Positions 13,201-22,866 of a DNA stretch of 64,000 nt are shown piece by piece. Within the stretch, counting starts at the first letter, position 1. Each line of letters opens with the position of its first letter. This DNA comes from Histomonas meleagridis 2922-C6/04-290x (Eukaryota > Protista > Parabasalia). The stretch covers positions 248,001-312,000 of the forward strand of contig JAANOX010000017.1 in assembly GCA_020184695.1 (NCBI GenBank), read 5' to 3'. The notes beneath the pieces are model-generated. The model was not told the DNA's origin and ran no database searches. It saw only the letters and a list, made by a program, of their open reading frames with translations. The translations under genes and the position numbers were made by a program.

Positions 13201-14656
13201 TAATCAACTTACAAAAGGTTATTCGAAATGTTTAAGTTTTATCTTTAATTTAATTAATACAAATCCACAAAAGTTCTTTGAAACTTCATCATTTACTAAG
13301 TTTTTAAGTTCTGTTAAAAGATTAAATCCTGATAATTCTATTCGTCTTATCGAACTCATTAAGAATTCTAATAAATATATCGAATTCATAAAGAGTGAAA
13401 CATTTTTAATTACATTATCTTCATCATTAAAATGGAATTTAGTATTATTAGCTATTACTAATTTAATTAAATCGAATGTTAATCAACAAAATTGTGAATT
13501 AACATGTTCAGTTTTATGGACTCCACAAATCTTTGAAACGTCATTAACAACTGATTCGATAGAATATTATCAAATATCATGGTATATCTTAAAGAAGTAT
13601 CCACAAACAGCTGATTTCTTTTATAAGAACAAATTATACCTTAGTTTAATCAAACGAATTGATCAAGAAATTAAAGGGAAAGTTACATATAGGAAATATG
13701 ATAATTATATGAATCCTGTTCAATATGTTAAAACTATACGAAAAGATACACTTAAAGCTAAAGCTAATTTATTAGCTAAGTTTAATAATGCATATACTAC
13801 AATAATCAAAGATAAAAAAGGATTTTTCGGTAAACGTAAATCGAATTCATTATCAAAAGAATGGAAACAAATATTAGACTTAGCTATAATATATAAAGTA
13901 TCAATAGATCCTTCAGTACCTACATGTAAAGGCTCTGGTGGATTATGTAATTTATTATCATCATTAGTTAACATGGATTATATCTTTTGTAAGCAAATAT
14001 TTGATTCATTTGCAAAACAAAAACAATCGATTTTATCATGTTTCCCTTATGACTCACAAAAATCAGGTGCGAAATTTCTTGTAACTTTAATCATTCATCT
14101 TATTTCTAAAGAACCTGAAAGAATTGTTGAGGCAAATAAATTCATCGCAAAAGAATTTATGTCATTTGCTTGCTTTAGTTTTAATAACTTTAGTGTAATA
14201 CAAATACTTTGTGACCAATTACAAAATATGATGCAAACAATGGTAAACACTGATCAAATTAAAACAGTAGGCGAAGCTATAAATTGTATTTATGAAAGTA
14301 CGACTGATCCTTTAATGTTCGGGTCTTCGATTTTTAGAGTCGCATTAAAAATACCAAATCCAAACCCTGTAAAATGGCAACAAAAAGCTGGAGGGTTATT
14401 AAGAGAAGAAATTCGTAAAGGTTTGTATATGAATGTCGAGCCGAAAAACGAAATCGAAAAAAATAGAGCAAACGTCGACATATTACTGAACTTCATTAAC
14501 AAGATATGTCAGACATTTAACTTGCAAATACAAAATATAGGAGTGTCGTTACAGGATATGATGAAGTTGGCCGAGAAATATCAAGCAATTGAGGCAATAG
14601 AATTCTCTGAATCTGCTAGTGAATTGGTAACTTTCGGTACAATGCTTGATGAATAA
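7259..14656 (+). CDS. Ubiquitin carboxyl-terminal hydrolase, peptidase C19 (USP9X/USP24/USP34-like), 2465 aa
   Basis: Cys box GLRNLGATCYINSTLQQIF, QQDAVEF, ILQLKRFEY, His box GSAQAGHYFSHVK, WYTFND, NAYLLFYKK. Long helical flanks on both sides. Confidence 0.92.
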   Translation: MSKEEELSELEAQAINMFASNDFKKSIYEPLATHLEEIISKKQLKSPLESQTKSFLNDFSPQIITSILTTYVNESFSHVREYNNILNLYTKILRTFLVSEEYTGFVGAAKRIITTRTNHFYKTTESIGFFSLDIQPTSQYFKANLKTFNDSKPVEYVSNYLKENKSNFSIPVINQVITILYPLNMNLKEDVIHFLKQLLLSLKEWIISLDDKKLKEVDEKTFNSLIANLRRFFLSRMRDYTSDLDEIRFSFYIKYIESGILAKQFKGIRELRNMMPSYYMDSSREFTSKLKNSSFLRVMLGGMHQELVSDFSYIFEQMIKNEDATTEDFHRFWLLVVNQHQSVIECFMSAFSKIVCGPKKLDLIPLFISYIKDMDKFPNETLSVIKKISSSCTSLQLKLLFEIVSEQYMKQKIDPNWQQTYIDTLTKLVSSKDKEFCEKLQEQCFEMIQNNQNIEYALPLFNASCVKVSTEKAKTYYNSVLNVISSGNVNIEPYLDLIVKILKNCDEPLSNEEFNQLLKFTEPLLEDNSKVIINFYSKLQEVKSLKKEEMQYSIFKMICKSNTFDKSSFDFTKKLFERLNNNNINVVVNKCKGLKYLWKLLENTSNDDIISYLIKLYKKAPLLFIKKCSKHFSNVGYLMALKKYVLIQKDEIDFDSYGIEPNRCFADEDYSEISLIGDIECKLKLLNFTSFTQFVKMIAKRMGTNPKSIVVTNYEQVPINNDNFIIQNDMKYIISTKYNTQNYNNYDSYGNPSYNYGNPSYNYGNPSYNYNNPSYNYGNPSYNYGNPYGDTSYNYGNPYGDNNASSNYGNPYGDNNNNPFRKEKTFDENPNIFEDETSNFSCNILLKPEFSIPLLKLLATDTPTKATKLAYELLNIIPTIPNERNLLNEISNDNEKWNEFLDPKFPYLFLYRLNMIGNIFKKNDINWIHIFIITGFKNILQICSNHLIEKEFEQQQVLFIYSILKQFISYQNAKDEINNVLSNVTEDTLNDLIIWIGKVSTRKNSKIYNQKLLSSLLFLYKSYSKFKKDLSQNIITKLKEDIEPLIFYSNQQVRIEFKSILLGLPKKEYQSILISLLTKANNNNCYEYFTLLIPIVEKIDNSLEVYNQIISVLYNKYELPTNNIIETLLFQPPKQNYTNGLLTTLLRIIIKMKEIPEIDNFLNFYINNIFFNSYKYYEPNKTLFDILITLIEGNPNITKKFIEKIQKIMEFINQNKYDVNLKSLSSTSKFRGLRNLGATCYINSTLQQIFNITKMKKLVLEHDFEKDNDWSTQLQNVFSKLEFFPSTYIDPSCFINLWTGWDGEPINPHEQQDAVEFLQMLLERLEEKDKSLTTMFKGQIVHNLIGRSHDYQSERIEEFTILPLEVKDHTNVEESLKTFLIPDKFDGNNQYKVDDIGLIDADLYHKVRISPEILILQLKRFEYNMSNNTREKVNSYYIFPHELDIGIIMENQESQIYDLIGIVMHMGSAQAGHYFSHVKRDDGKWYTFNDIRVNRCDGSTLPEESAGGKTNQVNWGYYGSFKKEFYDKDQNAYLLFYKKRTQNIDQQINDYDINQECLKRIDEEIKYSILDSIVASPNFSELVLKLCEADKDGKFIYSIYCHNLSTNSDVKATSNLALQCMKLLEENKDFCLHVLTQTKEIDEFLIRNINNEMRSSFSIFIITAINNIQENEKLNQFAQFLISKMDILMNYFGNFNEFFNVFNELQKKIPNLIDKVIEFLLVIIPNYDQTHTQKKIYEIIDLSSIFNMLIYYFENNNNSTENTEKMKKLFTKENIINWTKSSKHDKSFSKLMSILLKDNGFTSNVLINLLNEKLGVKQISSLFIIVFSCEDSLSKQRCSTFINFIKEKEILLELSKRIHPMKGKLCKNFNESFLPEFKNFFCNIKINRQFNDFVYSVYSQFPKISETIVEGEDKTLFHELFVTLVNLRKIFDTVKKPDSEIDSIICNYYDMLSWAMITGGFKDELYQFSNDFISSLKKFNDNQLTKGYSKCLSFIFNLINTNPQKFFETSSFTKFLSSVKRLNPDNSIRLIELIKNSNKYIEFIKSETFLITLSSSLKWNLVLLAITNLIKSNVNQQNCELTCSVLWTPQIFETSLTTDSIEYYQISWYILKKYPQTADFFYKNKLYLSLIKRIDQEIKGKVTYRKYDNYMNPVQYVKTIRKDTLKAKANLLAKFNNAYTTIIKDKKGFFGKRKSNSLSKEWKQILDLAIIYKVSIDPSVPTCKGSGGLCNLLSSLVNMDYIFCKQIFDSFAKQKQSILSCFPYDSQKSGAKFLVTLIIHLISKEPERIVEANKFIAKEFMSFACFSFNNFSVIQILCDQLQNMMQTMVNTDQIKTVGEAINCIYESTTDPLMFGSSIFRVALKIPNPNPVKWQQKAGGLLREEIRKGLYMNVEPKNEIEKNRANVDILLNFINKICQTFNLQIQNIGVSLQDMMKLAEKYQAIEAIEFSESASELVTFGTMLDE
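9503..9717 (+). repeat. 21-nt (YGNPSYN) heptapeptide repeat: 5 copies plus 3 YGNPYGD variants, inside the USP gene
   Basis: tatgg(a/t)aatccttc(t/a)tataa(t/c) tandem units. Translation YGNPSYN-YGNPSYN-YGNPSYN-YNNPSYN-YGNPSYN-YGNPYGDTSYN-YGNPYGDNNASSN-YGNPYGDNNNNPF. Confidence 0.95.
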
Positions 14657-15071
14657 ATTTAATGATTTTTTTGAACGTTTAGTGTAATCGAAAAGTGGAA
14701 AATTCAATGTTTATGTGATGTGAAGTGGCTTAACGTACAAAATAGGACGATTCTTCGATAAAAAAATTTGTTAATTGAATCATAGTTTTCAGTCAAAAAT
14801 GTGCAATGTTTGAAAGAGATTTTTTGAAATAGAGAGATTTTACGATCTTTTAATATAAAACGAAATTGATTATTTATCATAAGAAAATTGAAATCAAAAT
14901 ATTTCAGTATCTTCCAAAGAACATCGATAAATTATAAATATTTTTTGGATGTACAAATGATAATTATCAATATGTATTCATTTATTAACAAAACAATATT
15001 TTCCAGCCGGCGACCGTTCGCAAATCATGGATATAATCGTTTTGCATTTAATTTACTGGAGCAACCCAATG

Positions 15072-15118
15072 ATTCAATGCGAACGACCGTTATGGTTCGA
15101 AATTACGGTTTTTTATTT
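15072..15118 (+). repeat. 47-bp dispersed element, copy 1 (copy 2 at 25447-25493)
   Basis: attcaatgcgaacgaccgttatggttcgaaattacggttttttattt; 43/47 identical to 25447-25493. Confidence 0.85.
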
Positions 15119-15234
15119 TTAACGTTCCTCATCGTGTTAATATAAAGTAAAGTTTCCGATCCCCATTCATTGCTTTACAGAAAAGTGGTGTTTAAATAAA
15201 ATTAGTGGGGAGATAAAAATACCAAAATCAACAA

Positions 15235-15460
15235 ATGAACATATTTTGTATATCAAAGAAAATAACAAATGACCCGGAGTGATGGTGTATTTGATATATC
15301 TGAATCAATATCGAAAATTTCAAACATACGCGCCATGATATAATTTTTTGATGACATTTCATTGTATCTCTATCGTAAAAGTGACATCGGTGTAAAATAA
15401 TTGAATACTTTACGATATATATAAAGTATTGAAAAAGATCGAAAATATTTTGACTCATTG
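15235..15460 (+). pseudogene. Possible highly decayed 5' fragment of a DUF3447-ankyrin paralogue
   Basis: Broken frames give MNIFCISKKI.., SDGVFDIS.. and ISLYLYRKSDIGVK*LNTLRYI. These weakly resemble MNLMLSLEKI.., SDDNIDSS.. and IFFFYYSRSQVNVVSKTLNEI of the 25524 gene. The same 47-bp element lies upstream. Multiple stops and frameshifts. Confidence 0.3.
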
Positions 15461-15935
15461 ACTTTTCAGATAAATTTTGATCGTTAAATATCTCTTTGAT
15501 TTGATGTAAACCATACAAAAAGTAGTGATATATCAACCGTTAATATCAGTAACATTCTTACTCACTTCACAATTGTTGTGAATAATTATTCACAATTTTG
15601 AATTTGCATAAATAAAAATTAAGGAATGAAGTCTATCTTTGTTCGATGCATTAAATCAGTAGGTTGCTTCGTTTTAAAATTTATCTTTTCAATTAATTTT
15701 ATTTATTGATATGAAGCAAATTTTATGAATTCATATCGATAATTTTTTGTTTTTTTATCTTTCTAAAAATATGGCTTGCTTTCTTGTTGCTTAAATATAT
15801 GTTGAATAAAACAGAGGAACTCAACACCAAAAATTCATTTTATAAAAATTGGATCAAATTTTATCTGAATTTATTAAAAAATATTTAATAAGCATTTAAA
15901 CATGCTTATCAGAAAAAGAACATTCAAAAAGATTA

Positions 15936-15995
15936 CAGATTTGAATAAAAAGGTACTAACCGAATTTAAAGGTACTAACCCTTTTTGCACTTTTT
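15936..15995 (+). repeat. Left TIR of the pogo-like element, with two internal AGGTACTAACC direct repeats
   Basis: Reverse complement of 17624-17683. Confidence 0.93.
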
Positions 15996-16015
15996 TGTCA
16001 CTTTTATTTTTAAAA

Positions 16016-17408
16016 ATGAAGAAATCAAGCGATGCATTCAAGACACCCGCAATTCCAATTGATGAATTTAAAGAACGACTTAAGGGAACAATTTTAAGTG
16101 AAGCAGATATAAGGTCATTATTAAGAAATCCTGAATTTCGATCATTACAATTTCGAAACGAACAAGTACTCCGTGAATATTGCGAAAATGTATGTCACGC
16201 TTTGTTTAATAACAAAAGGCTCGGAGAGATATTCGATGTAAGTCATGGGGTCATTGCTATTATTAGAAAAAAAGAAAAAAAAAAAAAAAAAGATTTAGGG
16301 CGCCCCAGAATTTTTAATGATGAAGAAGAAAATCAAATAATTGAATATATAATTGAAATGGCAGGAAAAACGAATTCCTGACGAAACAAGAATTATTACT
16401 GTACATAAAGACAAAATTTGGTAAAGAAGTTACAAAAAGGATGGCTTGCTGGATTCTTTGAAAATTATAAAGAAAAATCGGTTTTACTAAAGCAATACCC
16501 CAAGAAAATACAAGATTAAGTATACCTAGAGAATTTCTTGATGAACATATCGAAAATATTAAAAAATATGTCATTGGTAAAGCAGCCGAATTGGTTTTTA
16601 ACATTGACGAGATGGGAACCAGCGAATGGGAAGATAAGAAGATAAAAGCGGTTATAGCACCGAGAAATATGTGTCAAGGACCTGTTATGGTACCTGTAAA
16701 ACGTTCAATTAGGCATCAAACATTAATTTCATGTATAAGTGCAGCAGGTGATGCCATAACCCCAATGACAATTGCTTCTAGTTATCGAGTTTATGATATC
16801 TTTCGTACTGGTATAAGAAATGGAATTGACTTGAAAATTTCGATATCAAATCCTCCATACGTGAAAAAAGAAATATTTTACGATTATATCACAAATGTAT
16901 TTATTCCCTATGTTAATAATCAGCGAAGTATTGAAGGATTTTCGAATGAATTTGCTGTTTTATTAATGGACAATCATTCCTCACATTGCGATCCTGAAAT
17001 TTTGAAAATTATTGCTGATAATCGAATAATTGTTATAACATTCCCTCCTCATACATCTAACCTTTTTCAAATGCTTGATTTGGTAATATTTGGTGCTATT
17101 AAAAATGTTAAAAAAGGTCTCACATCGAAGAAAACCTTGAATGATGTTGCAGCATTAGCTGAAAAGGTTTTCAGGGCATATGAACAAGTTACGACCAGCA
17201 CTAATGTTCGTTCAAGCTTTGAAAGAGCTGGTATATCTACTGACCTTAATGATAATATTAGGAGAATAATTTTTGATGAGGAAAAGGTTCGAAATTCATT
17301 CGAGTTTTCTGAGATCTGGAATATAAATTTTGATAAATCCAAAGAAGATTAAATACAAACTGGGGTTTTATTAACAAAGAATACTTCCCAGAAGGTATCT
17401 TTGAATGA
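16016..17408 (+). pseudogene. pogo-family DDE_1 transposase (DD35D), broken by four single-base indels
   Basis: N-terminal HTH/CENP-B-like region (GRPRIFNDEEENQIIEYI..TKGWLAGFF). Catalytic motifs VFNIDE, LLMDNHSSH and FPPHTSNLFQMLD, with 35 residues between D2 and D3. Frameshifts near 16376, 16437, 16478 and 17342. Confidence 0.88.
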
Positions 17409-17623
17409 ACACCGATAAATTTTAAAAATATCTAAAATTTAATGAGAAAAACGAAAAAATTTAAAATTTGAAAAAGTGCGTATAACATCTCACCTGATTA
17501 AATATTCAAGATTAAAGTTTAGTATTAATAATTAAATCATATATATTTTATATATTTATCATAAATTTAATCTTAAATATAGTCTATCAAAAGATATTTT
17601 AATTTTTTTTGTTCAAATTTCTG

Positions 17624-17683
17624 AAAAAGTGCTTAAGGGGTTAGTACCTCTAAATTCGGTTAGTACCTTTTTATTCAAATCTG
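17624..17683 (-). repeat. Right TIR of the pogo-like element
   Basis: aaaagtgcttaaggggttagtacctctaaattcggttagtacctttttattcaaatctg. Confidence 0.93.
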
Positions 17684-18754
17684 TACTTCATTTAATTGAG
17701 GGGTAAAATGATTTTATAAAAATTTTTCTGCAAAATTCCAATTTCTTTTATCCTGCTATTCACTTCTTGTCTGCATATCATTGCCATGCATATGGCAATA
17801 AAAAAAGTTTTACTCAATTTTTGGCTAACGCTATTGGATATATAAACCGAATTATATCACAATCATATCAAAAGCATCAATTCTTAATGTTTTAATTACA
17901 ACAGTAAAAGGAGCTGAAGATGTACAATAAATAAAGTTTTGAAGGAGAAGAAGTATTTCTAATGGGTATACAAAAAAAAGAACAGTATATTTATTCATCT
18001 AATGGGCTATTTGGAATTTTTTCCAAATAGCATTTCATTAAACAACTAGGAAAGAAATACAAATTTATTCTGCACGTATTATGATGAATGTGATGTTATA
18101 TTTATAAAAGAGCTGTACAAAAATATTTTTTGTGAACGATTCTTCCTGTTATTCAAAAATTCACAGCTTTATCGTCATTCAAAAATTCAACCTATCGGCA
18201 TATCACAACAGCTGGCGAACGACTGTGGCTTAAAAGTGGCATAAGACAGTACCAATGATTTTAAAGCATTTTTCTATTGTAAAAATTGCACATATTTACA
18301 ATTAAGAAATCTTAATTTTTTCCCGGAAAAATAAAAAACATTTTCAATTCTCTTTTATTTGCAAAACATTGATTCGGATTCCTAGCTTCTAACACGTTAA
18401 CGTGTAACCAACCAAATCCACCAAAAAAGCCCCAGAAAATCGACCGTTAAATTCCCGCCAGAAATAACCGTATAAGTGATATTCTTCGGGGTGCGCTAAA
18501 AATGACACTTTTTATAAGCTTAATGATTTTCTTGTGGGCTTGAGGATCAGCTGTAATTATCAGTTTAATCAAATTTATTTATAATGTGAAACACTTGATG
18601 GTTTATGTTATTTTTATTTTTATGATCATAATCAAAAAAACTTATTGTTAATCGTTCTTCATTTTCCATATATATATATATATAATTACATGTAGATTTT
18701 TGAATTAACCTACATCACTTTTTTTGATCATTAAACGTACGTTAAAAACCGTTT

Positions 18755-19290
18755 ATGTTCATTTTTTTCAAAGCGTACAAACGAAAGACGATCGCCAGGA
18801 ATGACCAAAATGGAACTACACCAGGCCCTATCAAAGTATATCTCAGAAACAGATTCTCGAGCAATTTTACGAGAATCCCTGAATACCACCTAGTCAATGA
18901 CGGGGTTAAATCAATACTTCTTTCCAAAATTCAGAAACAAGAATCAACTAACAATTGTTTAACCTTTCATGAAGTGAGCAAGATTATTGTTATGAAATGT
19001 CGAAAAGCACCGAATTGAGAATTTGACTTTAGCTACTGTCGAATATTCATTCGAAAATATATTGAAACCAGAAATTTTAGAAAATGTACCCACAGATTTA
19101 ATTATAAATGCTGATGAAACCCATGTGAAAATTGGTAAACCTGCAAAGTAAATGTGAGTACGAATTTAAATTCGGAGATAAAGAAAATAATTTCGAAAAT
19201 GCATCACATTTGACAGAGACGATTATAAAAAATGCTGCTGGTGATGATTTTGAGCCCTTCATAATCGCACTGATTAAGTTACCTAAAAAG
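18755..19290 (+). pseudogene. Degenerate fragment of a second, different pogo-like DDE_1 transposase
   Basis: Broken frames contain ILENVPTDLIINADETHVKIG (first catalytic Asp, NxDET) and SHLTETIIKNAAGDDFEPFII (compare HQTLISCISAAGDAITPM in the intact copy). No TIRs were found. Confidence 0.65.
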
Positions 19291-19391
19291 GAGATTTAAA
19301 TTTGTTAACTTTACTTAACGTTAAGTGTATGTCAAAACTTTTTCGAGATGTTACCAGCATCCTACAAAAGATTGCAACCTTTATTATTCAA

Positions 19392-20190
19392 TCAATAATC
19401 ATTGATTCTTTGAATTTGTAATGCTAATTCTTCGAAATTTCCTTTGCTAATTTTTTCCATTGTTTGCTTATATAAATAATGCTGCAATTGTTGTTTTTTT
19501 TGAACATTGGGTTGATATTCCAAAACAAGTTCATTAAAAAAGTCGTAACATTGTTGAATCATTTCATTTCTTTTATCACTTGGAAGAATTTCATTTAATT
19601 TTATAGATGAACTATTAAGGATCTGCTGTATTATTTCATCTGCTTTTTTAGAAACATACTTTGCAATCTCATCTTTTAACTTTTCATATATTTGGTTTTG
19701 ATACTCAGCATCATACCTCTTTTTACTATCCATTATACATTGTGAAATATATGTTCTTAATTCACCAGTACGTTGTTCATCTAATTTTTTGTCTTCGATT
19801 AATTGAAGACATGACAAATTCATTTCACTAAATGGATCTTGATTCGAAGAATTATCTTCTTCTTCTTTTGTGTAATTGATTGATTAATCTTAATATTTGT
19901 AATTAGCTGATCAGTCATATCAGATACCTTTTTATTTATTGTTTCTTTGAGATTGAGAATATTTTTGTATGCTTTTTCTTCATTTTTTGATTGGACTTTG
20001 TCTGCAATATCATTAAGCTCATCTTTAATTTTCAAAATTTTGGCCGAAACTTTGTTTTCAAGTGTTTGTAAATCCTCTTTTGTGATTTTAAGATCTTCAG
20101 AAATATTTTGAAGTTGGTCTTTACATTTTTTCTCAATACTAACAAAGATCATATCAGGGATTATTTCTTGAGATAGGTTTAACTGACCTT
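19392..20190 (-). pseudogene. Fragment of an uncharacterised helical-repeat protein (no N-terminus; one frameshift near 19865)
   Basis: The frame is open from ~20190 (QLNLSQEIIPDMIFVSIEKKCKDQL...) and carries the same repeat motif as 20143-22866. A single missing A in an A-run joins ORF 19820-20152 to ORF 19392-19823. Confidence 0.55.
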
Positions 20191-22866
20191 GCTATTCAAG
20201 CATTAAAAAATGCGAAAAAATCTACAGCAGAACGACTTTATGGAAATGGTGTTCAAACATTAATTGATCAAGAAATTATAAAACTTCAAGAACATCATAA
20301 TGAAATTCTAAAACAAATTCAACATGAACCAATTATTAAAATGCCATTTATTGATTCTAAAAATATTTGTGAACGATTATTTCAAGAACTTGATACCAAG
20401 CTCAAAATTCCACCAGTAGTCAAAAAATTAGAAACATACACTGATTTTAAAAATAGAATTAATAATGCAATTTCAATGAAATGTAATGAAATCATGAATA
20501 ATTTACATAATATTATAACAGAGAAACAAATTGTTTATGTGAAAGATCAAATAAATAAAATTATTGATGATGAAATGTTAAAATTTTATAACATAATCAT
20601 AAATAGCAAATCTGTGAATATTTCTGATATTTTAAATTTCCAAATGATTCTACCAATTAAGAATCAGTGTATGCTATTTATGAATGAAATATTTGCAAAA
20701 TACGAGATAAAATTAGAAATTCAAGAAATAATTATAAATAATTTTTCTATTGATTTAAGTAAACAATTTGGAATTTATAATGATTTAGCACAAAAAGTAG
20801 CGAAAAAAAATTTAACTAATCAAATAAATTTCATGTCTGATATTAAAAAACAAATCAATCAAAAATTAGAGAATAAAACTTCACATATTCAAATGTTTAT
20901 TCAGAAAAGTAATTCAACAAATTTACTTGAACTTGTTCCAGATAATTTATTTAATTCTTTAAGGTCTCAGTTATTAAAAAATATTAAATCTGGTAGTAAA
21001 ACACTTTTATTATTGAAAGCAGATCAAAATACTTTGCAAAAATATTTGGATATGTCAATAAATGAACAAAAAGAAAAACTAATAAAAATTGCTAAGACAA
21101 TTCAAAAACAAAATCAAGAAAATCTAAAAAATAATATGTTGGAAGTCTTTCATAATAAATATTTAGAAGAAATATCTTTTATTCGAATCAGAATTGAGAG
21201 AAGTACTTCAACTAAAATGGAGAAAATTCTTCCACCGAATACCTTTGAAAATATTGAAGAGAAATGTAGAGATTCAATAATACAACTATGTAACCAACAA
21301 AAAATAGATTCGGATGTTAAATATCAAATAATTAGTTATATGAATACATTTAAAAGTCCTAAAGAAAAAGAAATTTATAGACTTGCAGTAAATATTCAAA
21401 ATCAAAATCAAGAAAAACAATAATATTCTTTCATAGAAAAAATTCAAAATATTTTTCAAAATGAAATACCAAACATTAAAAAAATGATTCAAAAAAATGA
21501 ATCAATATATATTGTTGATATATATAGCCCGAAAATGCTTAATATAATTGATAGTGAGTGTGAAAATCTTTATGTTGATATTATACATAGAAACGAAATG
21601 ACGTATTATTTGGAAAAAAAAATGAAGGATTATTGGAAAAAAAAATTAAAAAACACAGAAAAGGAACTGATAGAACTAGCAACAAAAGTACAACATAATA
21701 ATGAAAAAGCTCAAAATCTTTTATTAATGGAGCTTCAAGACGATGTTGAATGTTTTTATACTAGAGAATTAACCAAAGCTGAAATTATGGTATCTGATAG
21801 TAATTCGACAAAGATAAATGAAATTTTCCCCATACAAACATTCAATTTAATTGAAAATAAATGTATTGATTATATAATTTCGATGAGGAACAATGTTCCA
21901 TATGATATACAAAGCAAATTAATAAATTATATATTTGATTCCATCGAAGGTAAGAAATATTATATTAAGTATGCTGCAGAAAAAACCCAAAAAAAAAATC
22001 AAAAAAAGCTCTTAAATGAAATTAAAGATGAAATTAAAACATATATATTAAATAAAGTATCAAGTATTCGATCTAAAATAAAAAATTCACAAAGCATAAA
22101 AACTAACGAAATTTTTTATTCTATGGGCATTATTAATATTCCATTTCCGCAAAAAATCAATAAAATTCTCAAAGAAAATGAAATTCCGTCTTATAAAATA
22201 TTTAAAATGCACTCTTTTTTTGAACGTCTAGAACGAGAACAAATTCTAGAGTTAAAATCTTTAGCTCAAAATACCGTTGATTCAAATATTGATAAAAAGC
22301 GTTCCATGAAAATAATGCTAAATAAGAAATTTCAGAAAGAATTAACTATGTTAGAAGAATATATTTCTAGAAGCGAATCAACTGAATTTTCAAATATTTA
22401 TCCAAAAGACCTTTTATCATCTTTCAAAAATGATTGTATATCTTATCTTCCCAAAACAAATTTTTTATATCAATCTGGATTAAAATTCATTAAAAAACGG
22501 ATGAAGCCACTTCGAAATTCAGCAAAAAATCTTGCTGATGAACAAAAGAAAAAAAATCAAAGTCTGGAAGAATGTCTAAAACTTATTGCACATAATATTG
22601 TTTTTGATGAATATTATGATATGAAGTTTAATTATGTGCTAGAAAGTAAATCAACACAACTTTATGAAATTTTCCCATCCAAAAGCTTTAGACAGAATTG
22701 TAAAATAAATTTAAAGAAATATGTGATTAAAAATAATTTGACCAATCATCAAAAGAATGTATTTATGAGTTATGGAAAAGATAAAATTTGTTATTTTGAT
22801 AATGAATTATTTAAAATAGCTTGTAATGTTCAAGAAGAGAATAAAAAAAAGTGTACAATTTTTTAA
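20143..22866 (+). pseudogene. Uncharacterised protein built of ~95-100-aa helical repeats; 5' end missing, one in-frame TAA at 21421
   Basis: ORFs 20341-21423 and 21484-22866 share a frame and are separated only by TAA (QEKQ*YSFIEKIQ). The frame is open upstream to 20143 with no ATG. Repeat motif LAxxxQxxN...SxSxxxxEIxPxxxFxxIxxxC. Confidence 0.6.

Larger units (their letters stand above)
15936..17683 (+). mobile_element. Full-length pogo-like (Tc1/mariner superfamily) DNA transposon, 1748 bp
   Basis: TA at 15934-35 and 17684-85 (target-site duplication). Terminal inverted repeats start CAGATTTGAATAAAAAGGTACTAACCGAATTTA (33/33 identical) and extend to ~60 bp with 4 mismatches. Internal DDE_1 transposase. 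Confidence 0.95.

Noticed and set aside
18006-18031. Perfect 11-bp hairpin GCTATTTGGAA-TTTT-TTCCAAATAGC
   Set aside because: Isolated, with no associated feature; it lies in apparently decayed sequence of very high AT content.
17700-18260. Possible decayed membrane-protein pseudogene
   Set aside because: Frames are short and stop-riddled, and no family motif could be recognised.
19392-21000. Fold-back (inverted duplicate) read artefact at the 20150 junction
   Set aside because: The two arms are not reverse-complement copies of each other; they share only protein-level repeat motifs.
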